64,000 bases of DNA from an uncultured Armatimonadia bacterium (GTDB lineage: Bacteria > Armatimonadota > Zipacnadia > CAVVLO01), in the NCBI GenBank assembly GCA_963749155.1, contig CAVVLO010000002.1, positions 672,001 through 736,000 of the forward strand, in the 5' to 3' direction. The notes under the pieces are model-generated. The model had not been told where the DNA came from. It searched no databases and worked only from the letters and a program-made list of their open reading frames with translations. This document shows, in pieces, positions 9,231 through 20,231 of the stretch; position 1 is the stretch's first letter, and every line of letters starts with the position of its first letter. Made by a program: the position numbers and the translations under genes.

Positions 9231-9446
9231 ATGACGGGAAAAAGGCTTCCAAAGTTGAATCCACGCGAAGTAGAGGCCGTGCTATTAAAGCACGGCTTTG
9301 CTTTCGTCTCACAAAAGGGCAGCCATCGTAAGTATCGAAAAAGCGAACTTGTCTTGATTGTGCCCTTTCACAGTGGAGACATCCCCAGCGGCACCCTCAA
9401 TAGCATCATCAAGGCCTCGCAACTGCCTCGGGAGGCTTTCGAATAA
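9231..9446 (+). CDS. hicA: HicA-family mRNA interferase toxin
   Basis: LLKHGF..SQKGSHRKY...VPFH..DIPSGTLNSII, with the catalytic GSH histidine. Confidence 0.9.
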   Translation: MTGKRLPKLNPREVEAVLLKHGFAFVSQKGSHRKYRKSELVLIVPFHSGDIPSGTLNSIIKASQLPREAFE

Positions 9447-9569
9447 TCTCAAGGCAGCTACCAAATAAGTAAGGCTCCTAAAAGGCAGGCCGGGCTTAGT
9501 ACCTCGAAACAAGCCACAAGTTAGCCTCTCTTCCTCCTTACACTGGGTTCTGGTAAGCTGCTTCTACTT

Positions 9570-10894
9570 ATGAGCGAGCCTGAACGCACCTTCTACCTCG
9601 AGACTTTCGGCTGCCAGATGAGCGAGCATGACTCCGAGCGCATCGCCGGGGTGCTCGCTGCCGCAGGCTGGGTCCGCGTAGAGACTCCAGGCGAGGCGGA
9701 ACTGCTGCTGATCAACACCTGCGCGGTGCGCGAGAAGCCAGAACATAAGGTCTATTCGCGCCTCGGAGAACTGCGCAAGGGCGCAAAACCAGGCGTCAAA
9801 CCCGTCCTCGGACTGTGCGGGTGTGTTGCCCAAATACGTGGAGAACACCTGCTGAGAGACCTTCCCCACCTGGATTTCGTCATCGGCACGGGAGCCATCA
9901 GCGCGCTGCCCGAGTTAGTCCAACAGGCCTTCGAGGGACGGCGTAGCGCGCGGCTCGAGTTCGACCATCATCACGAAGAACTCTGGCGCGCTGCCGAGAC
10001 GCTCCGGACCGCCTTCGGCATACGTCTCCATAATGCACGGCTGCAACAACTGGTGCGCCTATTGCGTGGTGCCCGCGGCGCGCGGGCCAGAGGTCAGCAG
10101 GCCCCTGCCGGAACTGGTCGAGGAGGTTCGCACCCTCGCGGAGCAGGGCTACACCGAGGTCACGCTGCTCGGGCAGAACGTAAACAGCTATGCGCAGGAC
10201 CTGGCGGCGGGCTATGACTTCCCCGACTTGCTGGCAGCGCTGGACGAGATCGAGGGGCTGCGGCGCATACGGTTCACCACCAGCCATCCAAAGGATGTGC
10301 CTGACCGGCTGATAGAGGCGATGGGGAGCCTGGGCAAGGTGTGCGAGCACTTCCACCTGGCGGTACAGGCGGGCGATGATGAAGTGCTGCAGCGGATGAG
10401 GCGGCGCTATACGGCGGCGCAGTTCATCGAGCTAACGGACAAGCTACGCGCGGGTGTGCCTGGCATCAGCATCACGACGGATGCGATAGTTGGCTTCCCC
10501 GGCGAGACGCCCGAGCAGTTCGAGCGCACGCTGGAGTTGTTCAAGCGAGTGCGTTTCGATCAGGCCTTTATGTTCGAGTATTCTGACAGGCCTGGGACGG
10601 CCGCCGCCGAACTGGAACCCAAGATTCCGAAACCTGAGAAAAATCGCAGGCTGCGCGAGCTGGCAGCGCTGCAGAACGCCACCAGCCGCGAGATCAACGC
10701 CGCGCTGGTCGGGCAGAGCTTCGAGGTGCTGGTGACAGGCGCAAGCCCAAAGGACGCCAGCCAAGCTGATGGGACGCACCCGGCAAAACAAGACGATGAT
10801 CTTCGAAGGCCCAGCGGAATTGGTCGGCGGCTTTGCCCACGTAACCGCCAGGAAAGCCTTCCTCTGGGGCTTCACAGGAGAACTGGATGGCTGA
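9570..10894 (+). CDS. miaB: tRNA-2-methylthio-N6-dimethylallyladenosine synthase MiaB (apparent frameshifts near 10010 and 10765)
   Basis: TFGCQMS, NTCAVRE, GCNNWCAYC radical SAM motif, GQNVNSY, IVGFPGET, TRAM domain (GRTRQNK) in another frame. Confidence 0.92.
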
Positions 10895-13527
10895 GCTGAA
10901 GCTCACCCCAATGCTGCAGCAATACAAGGCGCTGAAAGAGCGTTATCCCGAGGCGCTGCTGCTTTTCAGGCTGGGGGACTTCTACGAGCTGTTCGGGGAC
11001 GATGCCCTCATCGCAAGCAAGCTGCTGGAGCTGACCCTGACCGCGCGCGAGATAGGCAAAGGGCAGAAGCTGCCGATGTGCGGCGTGCCCCACCATGCGG
11101 TGCAACGGTATATCGCAAAACTCTTGCAGGCGGGTTACAAAGCGGCTATCTGCGACCAGGTCGAAGATCCCCGGTTTACCAAGAAGCTGGTCAAGCGCGA
11201 TGTGACGCGCGTCCTCACGCCAGGCACAGTGGTGGAAGATGACATCCTGCAATCCGGAAACAGCAACTACCTCGCCTCTCTGGCTTCGGACGGGGAGCTT
11301 GCGGCCTGTGCCTTCCTCGAAGTGTCCACTGGAGAGTTCTCGGTAACGCGGTTTGCAGGGCAAGGCGCACTGGCGAAGGCCGTGGCAGAGCTGGAACGCC
11401 GCAGTGTGGCAGAACTGCTGGTCGAAGAAGACCCGGCAATCGGCCTGGCGATCAAGCAACTCGTTGACGAGACCCATCTGGTGGTCTCCAAGCTGGATGG
11501 CGCCTGGGTGCTGGAGACGCCGCGCGAGGTGCTGCTCAGGCAACTGAAGACGGCTTCACTCGAGGGCTTCGGGTTGGAGGGAGAGGCGCTCTGCCAGCAG
11601 GCGGCAGCAGCCTTGCTGCTGTACCTCAGGCGCAATCAACTTTCCGGGACTGGAACACGTCACTGGGCTGTCGTTCTACTCGGTCGGCGAGTTTATGACA
11701 CTGGACGCCGACACTCGGCGCAACCTCGAACTCGTTGAACCGCTGTTCGACCGGGGTAAATCACTTTTTGATGTGCTGAACCAGACTTCGACGCGGATGG
11801 GCGCGCGACTGCTCAAGCGCTGGCTGCTTGAGCCTCTGCTGTCACTTGAGGCTTGCGAGCAGCGCCTGGGCGCGGTGGAATCGCTGGTGAACGATCCTGC
11901 CTCCAGAGAGCAACTGCGCGAGCAGCTTGCCGGACTTTACGATTTGGAAAGACTGACCGGGCGCGTGACGGCAAGGACGGCCAGCCCGCGCGATCTGGTG
12001 GCCTTGAAGCTTTCGCTGCAGCGACTGCCTGCACTGGAGGCTCTGCTCGAGCCACTGACCTCCGTAAGCGACCTGCTGGCCTTGTTGAAGTCGGCGTTGG
12101 GCGAGTTCGGCCCGCTAGTGGAGGCACTTGAGAAGGCTCTGGTAGAGGAGCCACCCCTCCTGATAACCGAAGGAGGGCTAATCAAACCGGCCTATTCGAC
12201 CGAACTCGACGAACTGCGCGTAAAGAGTCGAAACGCAAAGCAGTGGATAGCCGAATTGCAGGTCCGAGAACGCGAGCGGACGGGGATTACCACTCTCAAA
12301 GTCGGCTTCAACTCGGTATTTGGCTATTACATCGAGATAACGAACGCCAACCGAGACCGCGTACCGGAGGATTATCACCGCAAGCAGACTCTGGCCAATG
12401 CCGAGCGCTATATCACACCCGAGCTGAAAGAATATGAAGAGCTAGTCTTGCACGCCACCGAGCGCATCAACGCGCTGGAGCAGCAGCTCTTCACCGACCT
12501 GAGGGAGCTTGCGGCAAGTGAAGGCGGGGCGCTTATCGAGACCGCGCGGGCACTGGCTGGGCTGGACGTGCTGGCCTGCTTCGCCCAAAACGCGGCGGAG
12601 CGCCATTACATAAGACCAGCGCTCGATGAGGGCGATGAGATTTTTGTGAAGGCAGGGCGTCATCCTGTCGTCGAGCTTACGCTGGAGGCCCCCTTTGTCC
12701 CCAACGATGTGCGGCTGGACAATGAAGAACAGCAACTGCTGATCCTCACCGGGCCGAATATGGCAGGCAAGTCCACCTACCTCAGGCAGGTGGCGCTGCT
12801 GGTGCTGATGGCGCAGGTGGGCAGCTTCGTACCGGCCCAGGAAGCGCGCATCGGCCTGGTGGATCGCATCTTCACACGCATCGGGGCGCGCGATGACCTG
12901 GCCAGCGGGCGCAGCACCTTTATGGTCGAGATGACCGAGACAGCCAATCTGCTAAACAACGCGACCTCGAAGAGCCTCGTCGTGCTGGATGAGGTCGGGC
13001 GTGGCACCAGCACCTTCGATGGCGTGGCGCTGGCGTGGGCCGTGTGCGAGTTCCTCCATGGGAAAAACGGCGAGGGCGTGAAGACGCTGTTCGCGACCCA
13101 TTACCATCACCTTAACGAGCTTGAGAACCTGCTGCCCAGGGCGCGTAACTACCGGGTCGAGGTGGATGAGCGCGGCGACTCGATTGTCTTCCTGCGCAAC
13201 ATCGTGGCAGGGGCAACGGACAGGTCTTACGGCCTGCAGGTGGCGCGGTTGGCAGGGCTTCCCCAGGAGGTTATTGAGCGCGCCAAACATGTGCTCTGGA
13301 CGCTTGAGCAAGAACACGCGGCGCCCGAACCGAGTCTTGCGGCGGCGAAGGAGATCCAGTTACCAGCCCAGTTGGTGCTCTTCGATGTAGCGCCGGATGT
13401 GATTGGAGAGGAAGTGCTGAAACTCGACCTCGATGCGATGACGCCAATCGAGGCCCTAAACACACTCAACCAGCTCAAGCAGAAGGCCAGGCGCAAACAG
13501 GCGGAGGAGAAGAAGGGTGGAGCGTGA
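10887..13527 (+). CDS. mutS: DNA mismatch repair protein MutS (apparent frameshift near 11650)
   Basis: TPMLQQY, GDFYELF, TGPNMAGKST, STFMVEM, DEVGRGTST, FATHY, SYGLQVA. Confidence 0.95.
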
Positions 13528-15337
13528 GCCGCGTATCAGGGTGATGGACCCCTCCCTCGCCAACCAGATAGCCGCTGGCGAGGTGGTCGAACGGCCCGCT
13601 TCTGTGGTGAAGGAGCTTATTGAGAATGCTCTCGATGCAGGCGCGACGCGCATCGAGCTGGAAGCGACCGCCGGCGGGCGGAGCCTGCTCAGGATTACAG
13701 ACAACGGCAGCGGGATGAACCAGCAGGAAGCTATCCTGGCCTTTGAACGGTTCGCCACAAGCAAGCTGACAAGCGCCGATGACCTTGAGCAGATTGGCAC
13801 GCTGGGCTTCCGGGGAGAGGCGCTGCCAAGTATTGCTTCGGTCGCCAAAATATTGCTGCTGACGAGGGAGCCTGACAGCCCAGAGGGCACGCGCGTCGAA
13901 ATCAACTACGGCGAGGTGCTGGACTATTCTACCGCCGGCTGCCCGGTCGGCACCAGCCTCACGATACGCGACCTGTTTCGCAACGTCCCAGCGCGGCTGA
14001 AGTATCTGCGCGCCCCCGGTACCGAAGCCAGGCATATCACCGAGCGAGTGCAGCTCTACGTACTGGCCTTTCCCGAGGTCGAGTGGCGGCTTGTGCAAGA
14101 TGAAAAAATGAAGCTGCTGCATAACACCGGGCGGATGGACGGCGCGCTGCTCGCGGTGCTGGGCAGAGAGGCACAGCAGAACCTGATTCCCGTAGAACAG
14201 GACTTCGGCAGCTTCAAAGTAAGTGGTTATCTCAGCCAGCCGAGTTTCGGCAAGGCCTCTCGGGCGTATCAGTTTTTCTTCGTCAACCGCCGCCCAGTAG
14301 AGAGCAAGATGCTCTCATACGCGGTGTTCGATGCCTATCAGGGATTAATCACGCCCGGGCAGCATCCTGTTGTGGTGTTGAACCTTACGATGCCGACGCA
14401 TCTGGTTGATCCCAATGTGCATCCCCAGAAATTGGAGGTGCGCTTCGCCCACAGCCTGCAGGTGCTGGAGCAGACGCGCGAGGCCCTGCGCGGGGCGCTG
14501 GATGCGGCGCGCGGTCAGTCGGGGCTCAGGCCTACCAGCCTGCCAGGCCGCAGCGAGCCTGCCCAGCCCTTCGAGCCAGGCCGACCGGTGGAGCAAAGCT
14601 TTGGTGGGGGCAGCGCGCCTTTTTCGAATGCCAGCCAGCCGACCGCCCAGCAACTTGGGCTCCAGTATGAGCCTCCCTCAACCCAGGGGGTGCGCGAATC
14701 TCACCTGGCCCGCGAGCTGCAGTCGCGCAGGGATTCCACGCGAGAGGCCAGCCTCGAAGATGCGGACCTGGTACCGCTTGGGGCCTTCCACAACACCTAT
14801 CTGCTGGTTGCGCGCGGGCAGGACTTGATGCTGATTGACCAGCATGCGGCCCACGAACGCATCCTCTATGACCGCTTCCAACAAGATGTGGCGAAAGCGG
14901 AGGAGAACAAGCAGGAGCTATTGACCCCGCTGACGCTGGAGCTCACCAGTCCTCAATATGACGCGCTTTCCGAGCATCTGGAACTGCTTGCCAAACTCGG
15001 TTTTGGACTGGAGCCCTTCGGCGAGACAACCCTGCTGGTGACAGCGCTTCCCAATTATGTGGCCTCGGGCGAGGCGGCACGGGTAATAACGGAGTTCGCC
15101 GATGAGATACTGGAATCGGGCGATGCGCCTGATGTGGAGGCGAAAGTCCACAGCGCGCTGGCGACGATGGCCTGCAAGGCGGCAGTGAAGGCGGGAGAGC
15201 CGCTCTCCTACCAGGAGCTTGTGGCGCTGCTGCGCGACCTGCTGAGGACCACTTCGCCTTATACCTGTCCCCACGGCAGACCAACGACGGTGGCGCTGTC
15301 CCTCGACCAGTTGGAGAAGCTCTTCAAACGGAAATGA
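13517..15337 (+). CDS. mutL: DNA mismatch repair endonuclease MutL
   Basis: IAAGEVVERP, KELIENALDAG, GFRGEAL, DQHAAHER, ACKAAVK, CPHGRP. Confidence 0.97.
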   Translation: MEREPRIRVMDPSLANQIAAGEVVERPASVVKELIENALDAGATRIELEATAGGRSLLRITDNGSGMNQQEAILAFERFATSKLTSADDLEQIGTLGFRGEALPSIASVAKILLLTREPDSPEGTRVEINYGEVLDYSTAGCPVGTSLTIRDLFRNVPARLKYLRAPGTEARHITERVQLYVLAFPEVEWRLVQDEKMKLLHNTGRMDGALLAVLGREAQQNLIPVEQDFGSFKVSGYLSQPSFGKASRAYQFFFVNRRPVESKMLSYAVFDAYQGLITPGQHPVVVLNLTMPTHLVDPNVHPQKLEVRFAHSLQVLEQTREALRGALDAARGQSGLRPTSLPGRSEPAQPFEPGRPVEQSFGGGSAPFSNASQPTAQQLGLQYEPPSTQGVRESHLARELQSRRDSTREASLEDADLVPLGAFHNTYLLVARGQDLMLIDQHAAHERILYDRFQQDVAKAEENKQELLTPLTLELTSPQYDALSEHLELLAKLGFGLEPFGETTLLVTALPNYVASGEAARVITEFADEILESGDAPDVEAKVHSALATMACKAAVKAGEPLSYQELVALLRDLLRTTSPYTCPHGRPTTVALSLDQLEKLFKRK

Positions 15338-16312
15338 GCCTCGATACCAGCCAGTTGAAAGTCCTAGTAATCGTTGGGCCAACCGCCTCGGGCAAGTCGG
15401 CGCTGGCGATGGAGCTTGCGCGCCGGCACTCGGGAGAGATAATCTCAGCTGATTCGATGCAGGTCTACCGCGGAATGGACCTTGGCACCGCCAAGCCCAC
15501 ACCCGAAGAGCGTGCCCAAATCCCCCATCATATGCTGGACCTGGTTGAACCTGGCGCCGAATACAGCATTGCGCAGTTTCAACAGCAGGGACGCGAAGTG
15601 GTGGCGGACATCGCCGCCAGGAGCAAGCTGCCCCTCGTGGTCGGCGGTTCTGGCCTGTATGTGAGAGCCCTGATTGACGACCTGGAGTTACCCGAAGCGA
15701 ACAGCTCATCGAAGCTGCGCGAGGAGCTGGAAGCAAGAATTGCAGCCAAGGGACTGCCCGCACTGTGGGATGAGCTTCACCAGGTGGACCCCGAGACCGC
15801 TCTCAGAATCGACAGGAACAATCCCAGGCGCGTGATAAGGGCGATGGAAATCTGGCTGGAGACCGGGATCAAGCCCAGTCAGCAGGCTTCCGGCGCGTTT
15901 GACCGCCCCCCTCGCAGTATATATAATGCCGCTTTGACAGGCCTTCTTGTGCGCCGCGAAGCCCTCTATGCCGCCATTGAAGCCCGGGCCCTAACTGATG
16001 CTCGCGCAGGGGCTCGTCGAGGAGACGCGCGAGCTGATCGAACGAGGCGTCAGTCACGACTCTCAAGCCTTGCAAGCGTTAGGTTACAAGCAACTTGTGC
16101 CCTATCTGAAAGGTGAATATAGCCTGGAGGAAGCCCTCAGGCTTATCAAGCGAGATACGCGCCGGTTCGCAAAACGGCAATATACCTGGTTCAAAGCCGA
16201 TCCGCGTATCAGTTGGCTGGAGACCGAGCAGTATCCAGACTTTTGCAAGTTGGCCGAGGCAGCCTGGCAGCAGGCCGAGAAGGCTTGGCAACAATCGGAA
16301 TCCGTCACTTAG
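15334..16312 (+). CDS. miaA: tRNA dimethylallyltransferase MiaA (apparent frameshift near 15990)
   Basis: GPTASGKS, SADSMQVY, DLGTAKP, VGGSGLY; C-terminal ALGYKQ and TRRFAKRQYTWF in ORF 15998-16312. Confidence 0.95.
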
Positions 16313-16344
16313 ACGGGTGCTTCTCAAGTGGGAGGAAGCTTCTA

Positions 16345-17190
16345 ATGATAGATTTCGTAAAGATGCATGGCTCAGGCAATGATTTTGTAATGGTTGACCA
16401 GTTCTCTGGCGCCAATCAGTTTACACTTTCCTACCCCGAAGCTGCCCGTAAACTGTGTGACCGCAATTTCGGCATCGGCGCTGATGGACTTATCCTGGTG
16501 CTTCCCTCTGCCAAAGCTGACTTCCAGATGCGTATCTTCAATCCCGATGGGTCAGAGGCAGAGATGTGCGGTAATGGCATCCGGTGCTTCGCCAAGCTGG
16601 TCTTCGACAAGGGCTACACCAAAGATGCCGCCTTCACGGTGGAGACGCTTGCCGGTATCCGCAATCCGCTCATAGTGGAATCTGGGAATCCCGCCACGCT
16701 GGTTGAGGTAAAGATGGGCGAGCCGCGGCTGGATCGCAGCCAGATCCCAATGCTGGGCCCCGAGGGACGCGTTGTGGACGAGGTGCTGGACATTGATGTA
16801 GCCAGGCTGCGTGTCACCTGCGTCAATATGGGCAATCCTCACTGTGTCACTTTCGTGGACGACGTGACCGCCTTCGATGTCGAAACCATCGGGCCTTTTG
16901 TAGAAGAGAACAGGGCCTTCCCCGAGCACACCAACGCCGAATTCGTCGAGGTTATAAGCAAAGACGAACTCAAGATGCGCGTCTGGGAACGCGGCGCCGG
17001 AGAGACCCTCGCCTGCGGCACAGGCGCGTCGGCTTCGGTCGTAGCCGCGGTGCTCAACGGACTTACCGACCGCAAGGTCACCGTGCACCTGCTGGGCGGC
17101 AATCTGCTGATAGACTGGCGCGAATCTGACAATGTAGTCAAAATGACCGGCCCAGCCGAGCAGGTGTTTACAGGCCAGATAGAACTCTAA
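16345..17190 (+). CDS. dapF: Diaminopimelate epimerase
   Basis: KMHGSGNDF, EMCGNGIRC, MGNPHCV, ERGAGETLACGTG. Confidence 0.97.
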   Translation: MIDFVKMHGSGNDFVMVDQFSGANQFTLSYPEAARKLCDRNFGIGADGLILVLPSAKADFQMRIFNPDGSEAEMCGNGIRCFAKLVFDKGYTKDAAFTVETLAGIRNPLIVESGNPATLVEVKMGEPRLDRSQIPMLGPEGRVVDEVLDIDVARLRVTCVNMGNPHCVTFVDDVTAFDVETIGPFVEENRAFPEHTNAEFVEVISKDELKMRVWERGAGETLACGTGASASVVAAVLNGLTDRKVTVHLLGGNLLIDWRESDNVVKMTGPAEQVFTGQIEL

Positions 17191-17278
17191 ACAATATCAA
17201 TCCAAAGCGTGTTCAAACAGCGACTGATTCCCGACTGGCCTGGGAGTCAGTCGCCGGTTTATCAAAGGGGGCTTTCCA

Positions 17279-18454
17279 ATGTTTCAGAGAGCAAGCAGGA
17301 TGAATCTGCCACCCTATCCTTTCGCAGAGCTTGCCCGGCTGAAAAAAGAAGCCTTGGCAAACGGCGCGGATCTGGTAGATTTGGGCATTGGCGATCCGGA
17401 TCTTGCGACGCCGGATTTCATACTGGACGCGCTGGCCAAGTATTCGCGCGATCCCTTCACCCATCACTATGATGAGCCTGGCAACGGGTTGCCCGAGTTC
17501 CGCCAGGCGGTCGCAGAGTGGTACGAACAGCGGTTCGGTGTGAAGGTGGACGCCGATGCCAATGTGCTGGCGCTTATCGGCTCCAAAGAAGGCATCGCGC
17601 ATCTGCCCTGGGTATACATTGGAACCGGCGATGTCACGCTGGTGCCTGACCCAGGTTATCCCGTCTACCGCAGCAGCACTACCTTCGCGGGCGGAGAGTT
17701 CTACCCGATGGGGCTGAGGCGCGAGGCTGACTTCCTGCCCGATTATTCGGAGATTCCTGCCGACATCGTGGATAAGGCCAAGCTGATGTGGCTGAACTAC
17801 CCCAACAATCCAACAGGCGCCCTCGCGGATGCTGACTTCTACCAGGAAACCGCAGACTTTGCTTCCGAAAACAATATCATCGTCGGCTGCGATATGGCCT
17901 ACAGCGAACTGGCCTACGATGGCGAAAAGCCGGTCAGCTTCCTGCAGGCCCAGGGCGGGCTGGAGTACGGGATAGAGTTCCATAGCTTCAGCAAGACTTT
18001 CTCGATGACCGGCTGGCGTATAGGCTTCGCGGTAGGCAATGAGGAGTTAATCGCTGGACTGACCAAGCTCAAGAGCAACATCGACAGCGGGTTGTTCCGA
18101 GCCATCCAGCTTGCCTGCCTTGACGGGCTGAAGGACGACCATGGGTATATCCAGCAGATGATAGCGCGCTACCAGAAGCGGCGCGATATCCTGTGTGGTG
18201 GACTTAAGGAAGCCGGCTTCGACGTATTCGTTCCGAAGGGGGCCTTCTACGTCTGGATGGCTATCCCCGAGGGTTATACCTCGGCTGATTTCGCAGGGCG
18301 CATGCTGCGCGAGTGCGGTATCCTCTGCACGCCAGGCTCGGCGTATGGCAAGTTTGGCGAGGGATATATCCGGATGGCCCTGACACTTGAGGCCGAGGAT
18401 CCCGAAGGCCGACTCAGAGAAGCGGTCGCACGGGTCAAGCGCGTATTTGGCTAG
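17279..18454 (+). CDS. dapL: LL-diaminopimelate aminotransferase (class I/II aminotransferase)
   Basis: GIGDPD, GSKEG, PGYPVY, NYPNNPTG, SFSKTFSMTGWRIG; directly after dapF. Confidence 0.8.
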   Translation: MFQRASRMNLPPYPFAELARLKKEALANGADLVDLGIGDPDLATPDFILDALAKYSRDPFTHHYDEPGNGLPEFRQAVAEWYEQRFGVKVDADANVLALIGSKEGIAHLPWVYIGTGDVTLVPDPGYPVYRSSTTFAGGEFYPMGLRREADFLPDYSEIPADIVDKAKLMWLNYPNNPTGALADADFYQETADFASENNIIVGCDMAYSELAYDGEKPVSFLQAQGGLEYGIEFHSFSKTFSMTGWRIGFAVGNEELIAGLTKLKSNIDSGLFRAIQLACLDGLKDDHGYIQQMIARYQKRRDILCGGLKEAGFDVFVPKGAFYVWMAIPEGYTSADFAGRMLRECGILCTPGSAYGKFGEGYIRMALTLEAEDPEGRLREAVARVKRVFG

Positions 18455-18476
18455 TTATCGGGAAACAAACTGTTTG

Positions 18477-18510
18477 AAGGGACTCGCTCTTTGGGGCGAG
18501 TCCCTTTTTC
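18477..18510. terminator. Intrinsic terminator between convergent genes
   Basis: AAGGGACTCGC / GCGAGTCCCTT stem followed by a T run. Confidence 0.8.
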
Positions 18511-18512
18511 TG

Positions 18513-19424
18513 TCAGGCAGAAGGTGCGGCCGCCAGCAGCGCGGCAACCCCTGCTTCAAGCAGCTCTTTTTGCTGAAGTTGCCGGAGCCAGCGCTGCGGG
18601 ATGCCCTCGAGCCCATATTTGGCCCCGAGCAGGCAGCCAGCAACAGCGCCTACCGTGTCGGCATCATAGGCATATGTAACCGTTGTCGCGACACCTTCCT
18701 CGAAATCATCAAAATTGAGCAGTGACCAAAGGGCCATCAGAGTCGTGTCAATTACATAGCCTCCGCCCTTGAGGTCGTCCAGCCCAAGCTGTGGCAAGGT
18801 AGAAACGGCCTCGACAACACTCTCATCAAGCCCTTCGGCCAAAGCTGCAATCGTTTTGAAGCTGACTTCCTCGCCCTTGAACAGCTTTATGAGTACGCCA
18901 TCCACCAGGGCGCAGCAATCCTGGCAGCGCGGGTCCCAGTGGGTGAGCGCCGAGACCTGCCGAGACCAGGGGCGCCAGTCGTCCAGCTTGTGGCAGTAAA
19001 CGGCTACAGGGCCACTCCTCATCACGCTGCCATTGCCGGCGGCCGCTTTGCCCGAGTCTTCCCAGACTTTGCGCGAGGCGTCCATCATAGGCATCCCACG
19101 CCAGGCAAGAGCACATACCTCGCGTGTCTGCAGGCCAATGTCAGGCGGACTGCTGTCAAACCAGGCAAGGAACTCGGCCGCAACAGCGTCCAGCTTGAGA
19201 CTGCCAGTCTTGCGAACAGCCTCCATTATGCAGACGGCCATCTGGGTATCGTCCGTCCAGGAGCCGGCAGGCCCCTGGTAGGAAGGCATCAACTCGCGCA
19301 CCAGGCCATATTGGGCGATTCGGGCGGCAGGCAGGTCGAATTCCACCGGCGCGCCGAGGGCGTCGGCAATCGCCGCGCCAAAGATTGCACCCAGGGCGCG
19401 TTCATCAAGTGAGGCTTCCTTCAT
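18513..19424 (-). CDS. ADP-ribosylglycohydrolase family protein (DraG/ARH-like)
   Basis: ADALGAPVEF, WTDDT, AGNGSVMR, DADTVGAVAG motifs. Confidence 0.92.
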   Translation of the reverse strand: MKEASLDERALGAIFGAAIADALGAPVEFDLPAARIAQYGLVRELMPSYQGPAGSWTDDTQMAVCIMEAVRKTGSLKLDAVAAEFLAWFDSSPPDIGLQTREVCALAWRGMPMMDASRKVWEDSGKAAAGNGSVMRSGPVAVYCHKLDDWRPWSRQVSALTHWDPRCQDCCALVDGVLIKLFKGEEVSFKTIAALAEGLDESVVEAVSTLPQLGLDDLKGGGYVIDTTLMALWSLLNFDDFEEGVATTVTYAYDADTVGAVAGCLLGAKYGLEGIPQRWLRQLQQKELLEAGVAALLAAAPSA

Positions 19425-19443
19425 AGTCTCATCACCTTGGTAA

Positions 19444-19495
19444 AGGTATTCGTCAGAGGATGGCGAATTCTTTCTGTAAGACTTATATGGAACCT
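19444..19495. promoter_or_regulatory. Divergent pair of SigH-like promoter motifs
   Basis: Plus strand AGGT-N17-GAAT (19444-19468); minus strand AGGT-N17-GAAA (19495-19471). Confidence 0.5.
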
Positions 19496-19554
19496 TGTCA
19501 CCTGATTTTCGTCAACAAGTTATGTGGGCAATATTATGGACGGAGGTGTGGCCG

Positions 19555-20112
19555 ATGCGACGCATACGGGTTGGTATCGCGATTACACTGGCTTTGGTCG
19601 GAGCAGGTCTACTGCTTGCCGGGTGCGGAGGAGCACTTGGTGGGCTGATAGACATCTACCGAAATGGAGAACTCGATTATTCGGACGAGAGTTTCCCAGA
19701 CGGGTCGCTTTTCGATTGTGTAAATATCAAGGCCTCCACAGATGGCACAATATTCGTGCTGATGGGCAGTGACTACGAATTTGGCGATGTTGATGATCCC
19801 TATGTCTATGTGTTGTATGGCAAGGGTGACACCTGGTATGAAATCAGCGGACTTACCTTGATTGACGAGGATGACGACAGCGGGCCAGACAGCGACGCCT
19901 TTCTCGATTACTACGGCTTCGAAGATGACAACTATACGATAGTGCTGACCACCGCCGGCCCGGGCGATGCTGGTGATTATTATTATCGTATATCGGAAGA
20001 AGATGCAGTGCTCGCTCCAACGATGCGGCAGGAAAGCAGTCTGCCGGAAGGCGCAAAAGGGATGACTTTTGGCGACTACCTGGCCAAGTACCACCCAGAG
20101 AAACTGAAATAA
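19555..20112 (+). CDS. Acidic lipoprotein with PPC-like (pre-peptidase C-terminal) beta domain
   Basis: Lipobox LAGC; DPYVYVL...IDEDDDSG..SDA...YTIVLT pattern; GGAGG RBS. Confidence 0.7.
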   Translation: MRRIRVGIAITLALVGAGLLLAGCGGALGGLIDIYRNGELDYSDESFPDGSLFDCVNIKASTDGTIFVLMGSDYEFGDVDDPYVYVLYGKGDTWYEISGLTLIDEDDDSGPDSDAFLDYYGFEDDNYTIVLTTAGPGDAGDYYYRISEEDAVLAPTMRQESSLPEGAKGMTFGDYLAKYHPEKLK

Positions 20113-20162
20113 CTCAGGCGCAAAACCTGGCGATGCGGTCCGGCCTTCCCGGTCGGGCCGCA

Positions 20163-20191
20163 TTGACGTTTGGCGATGCGCGGTATACTAT
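20163..20191 (+). promoter_or_regulatory. Sigma70 promoter of rpoZ-dnaJ-prmA
   Basis: TTGACG-N17-TACTAT. Confidence 0.6.
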
Positions 20192-20231
20192 TTGCGGGCA
20201 ATAACGCTGACTGGGATTTGAGGGAGAACTG

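Noticed and set aside
2102..9583. Integron cassette array
   Set aside because: No intI, no repeated attC-type (RYYYAAC...GTTRRRY) sites that I could see, genes on both strands, and the flanking repeats are unrelated to each other
10887..13527. mutS, miaB and miaA as true pseudogenes or programmed frameshifts
   Set aside because: All catalytic motifs are intact, no other decay is visible, no slippery heptamer is evident, and single-base breaks are widespread, which points to sequencing indels
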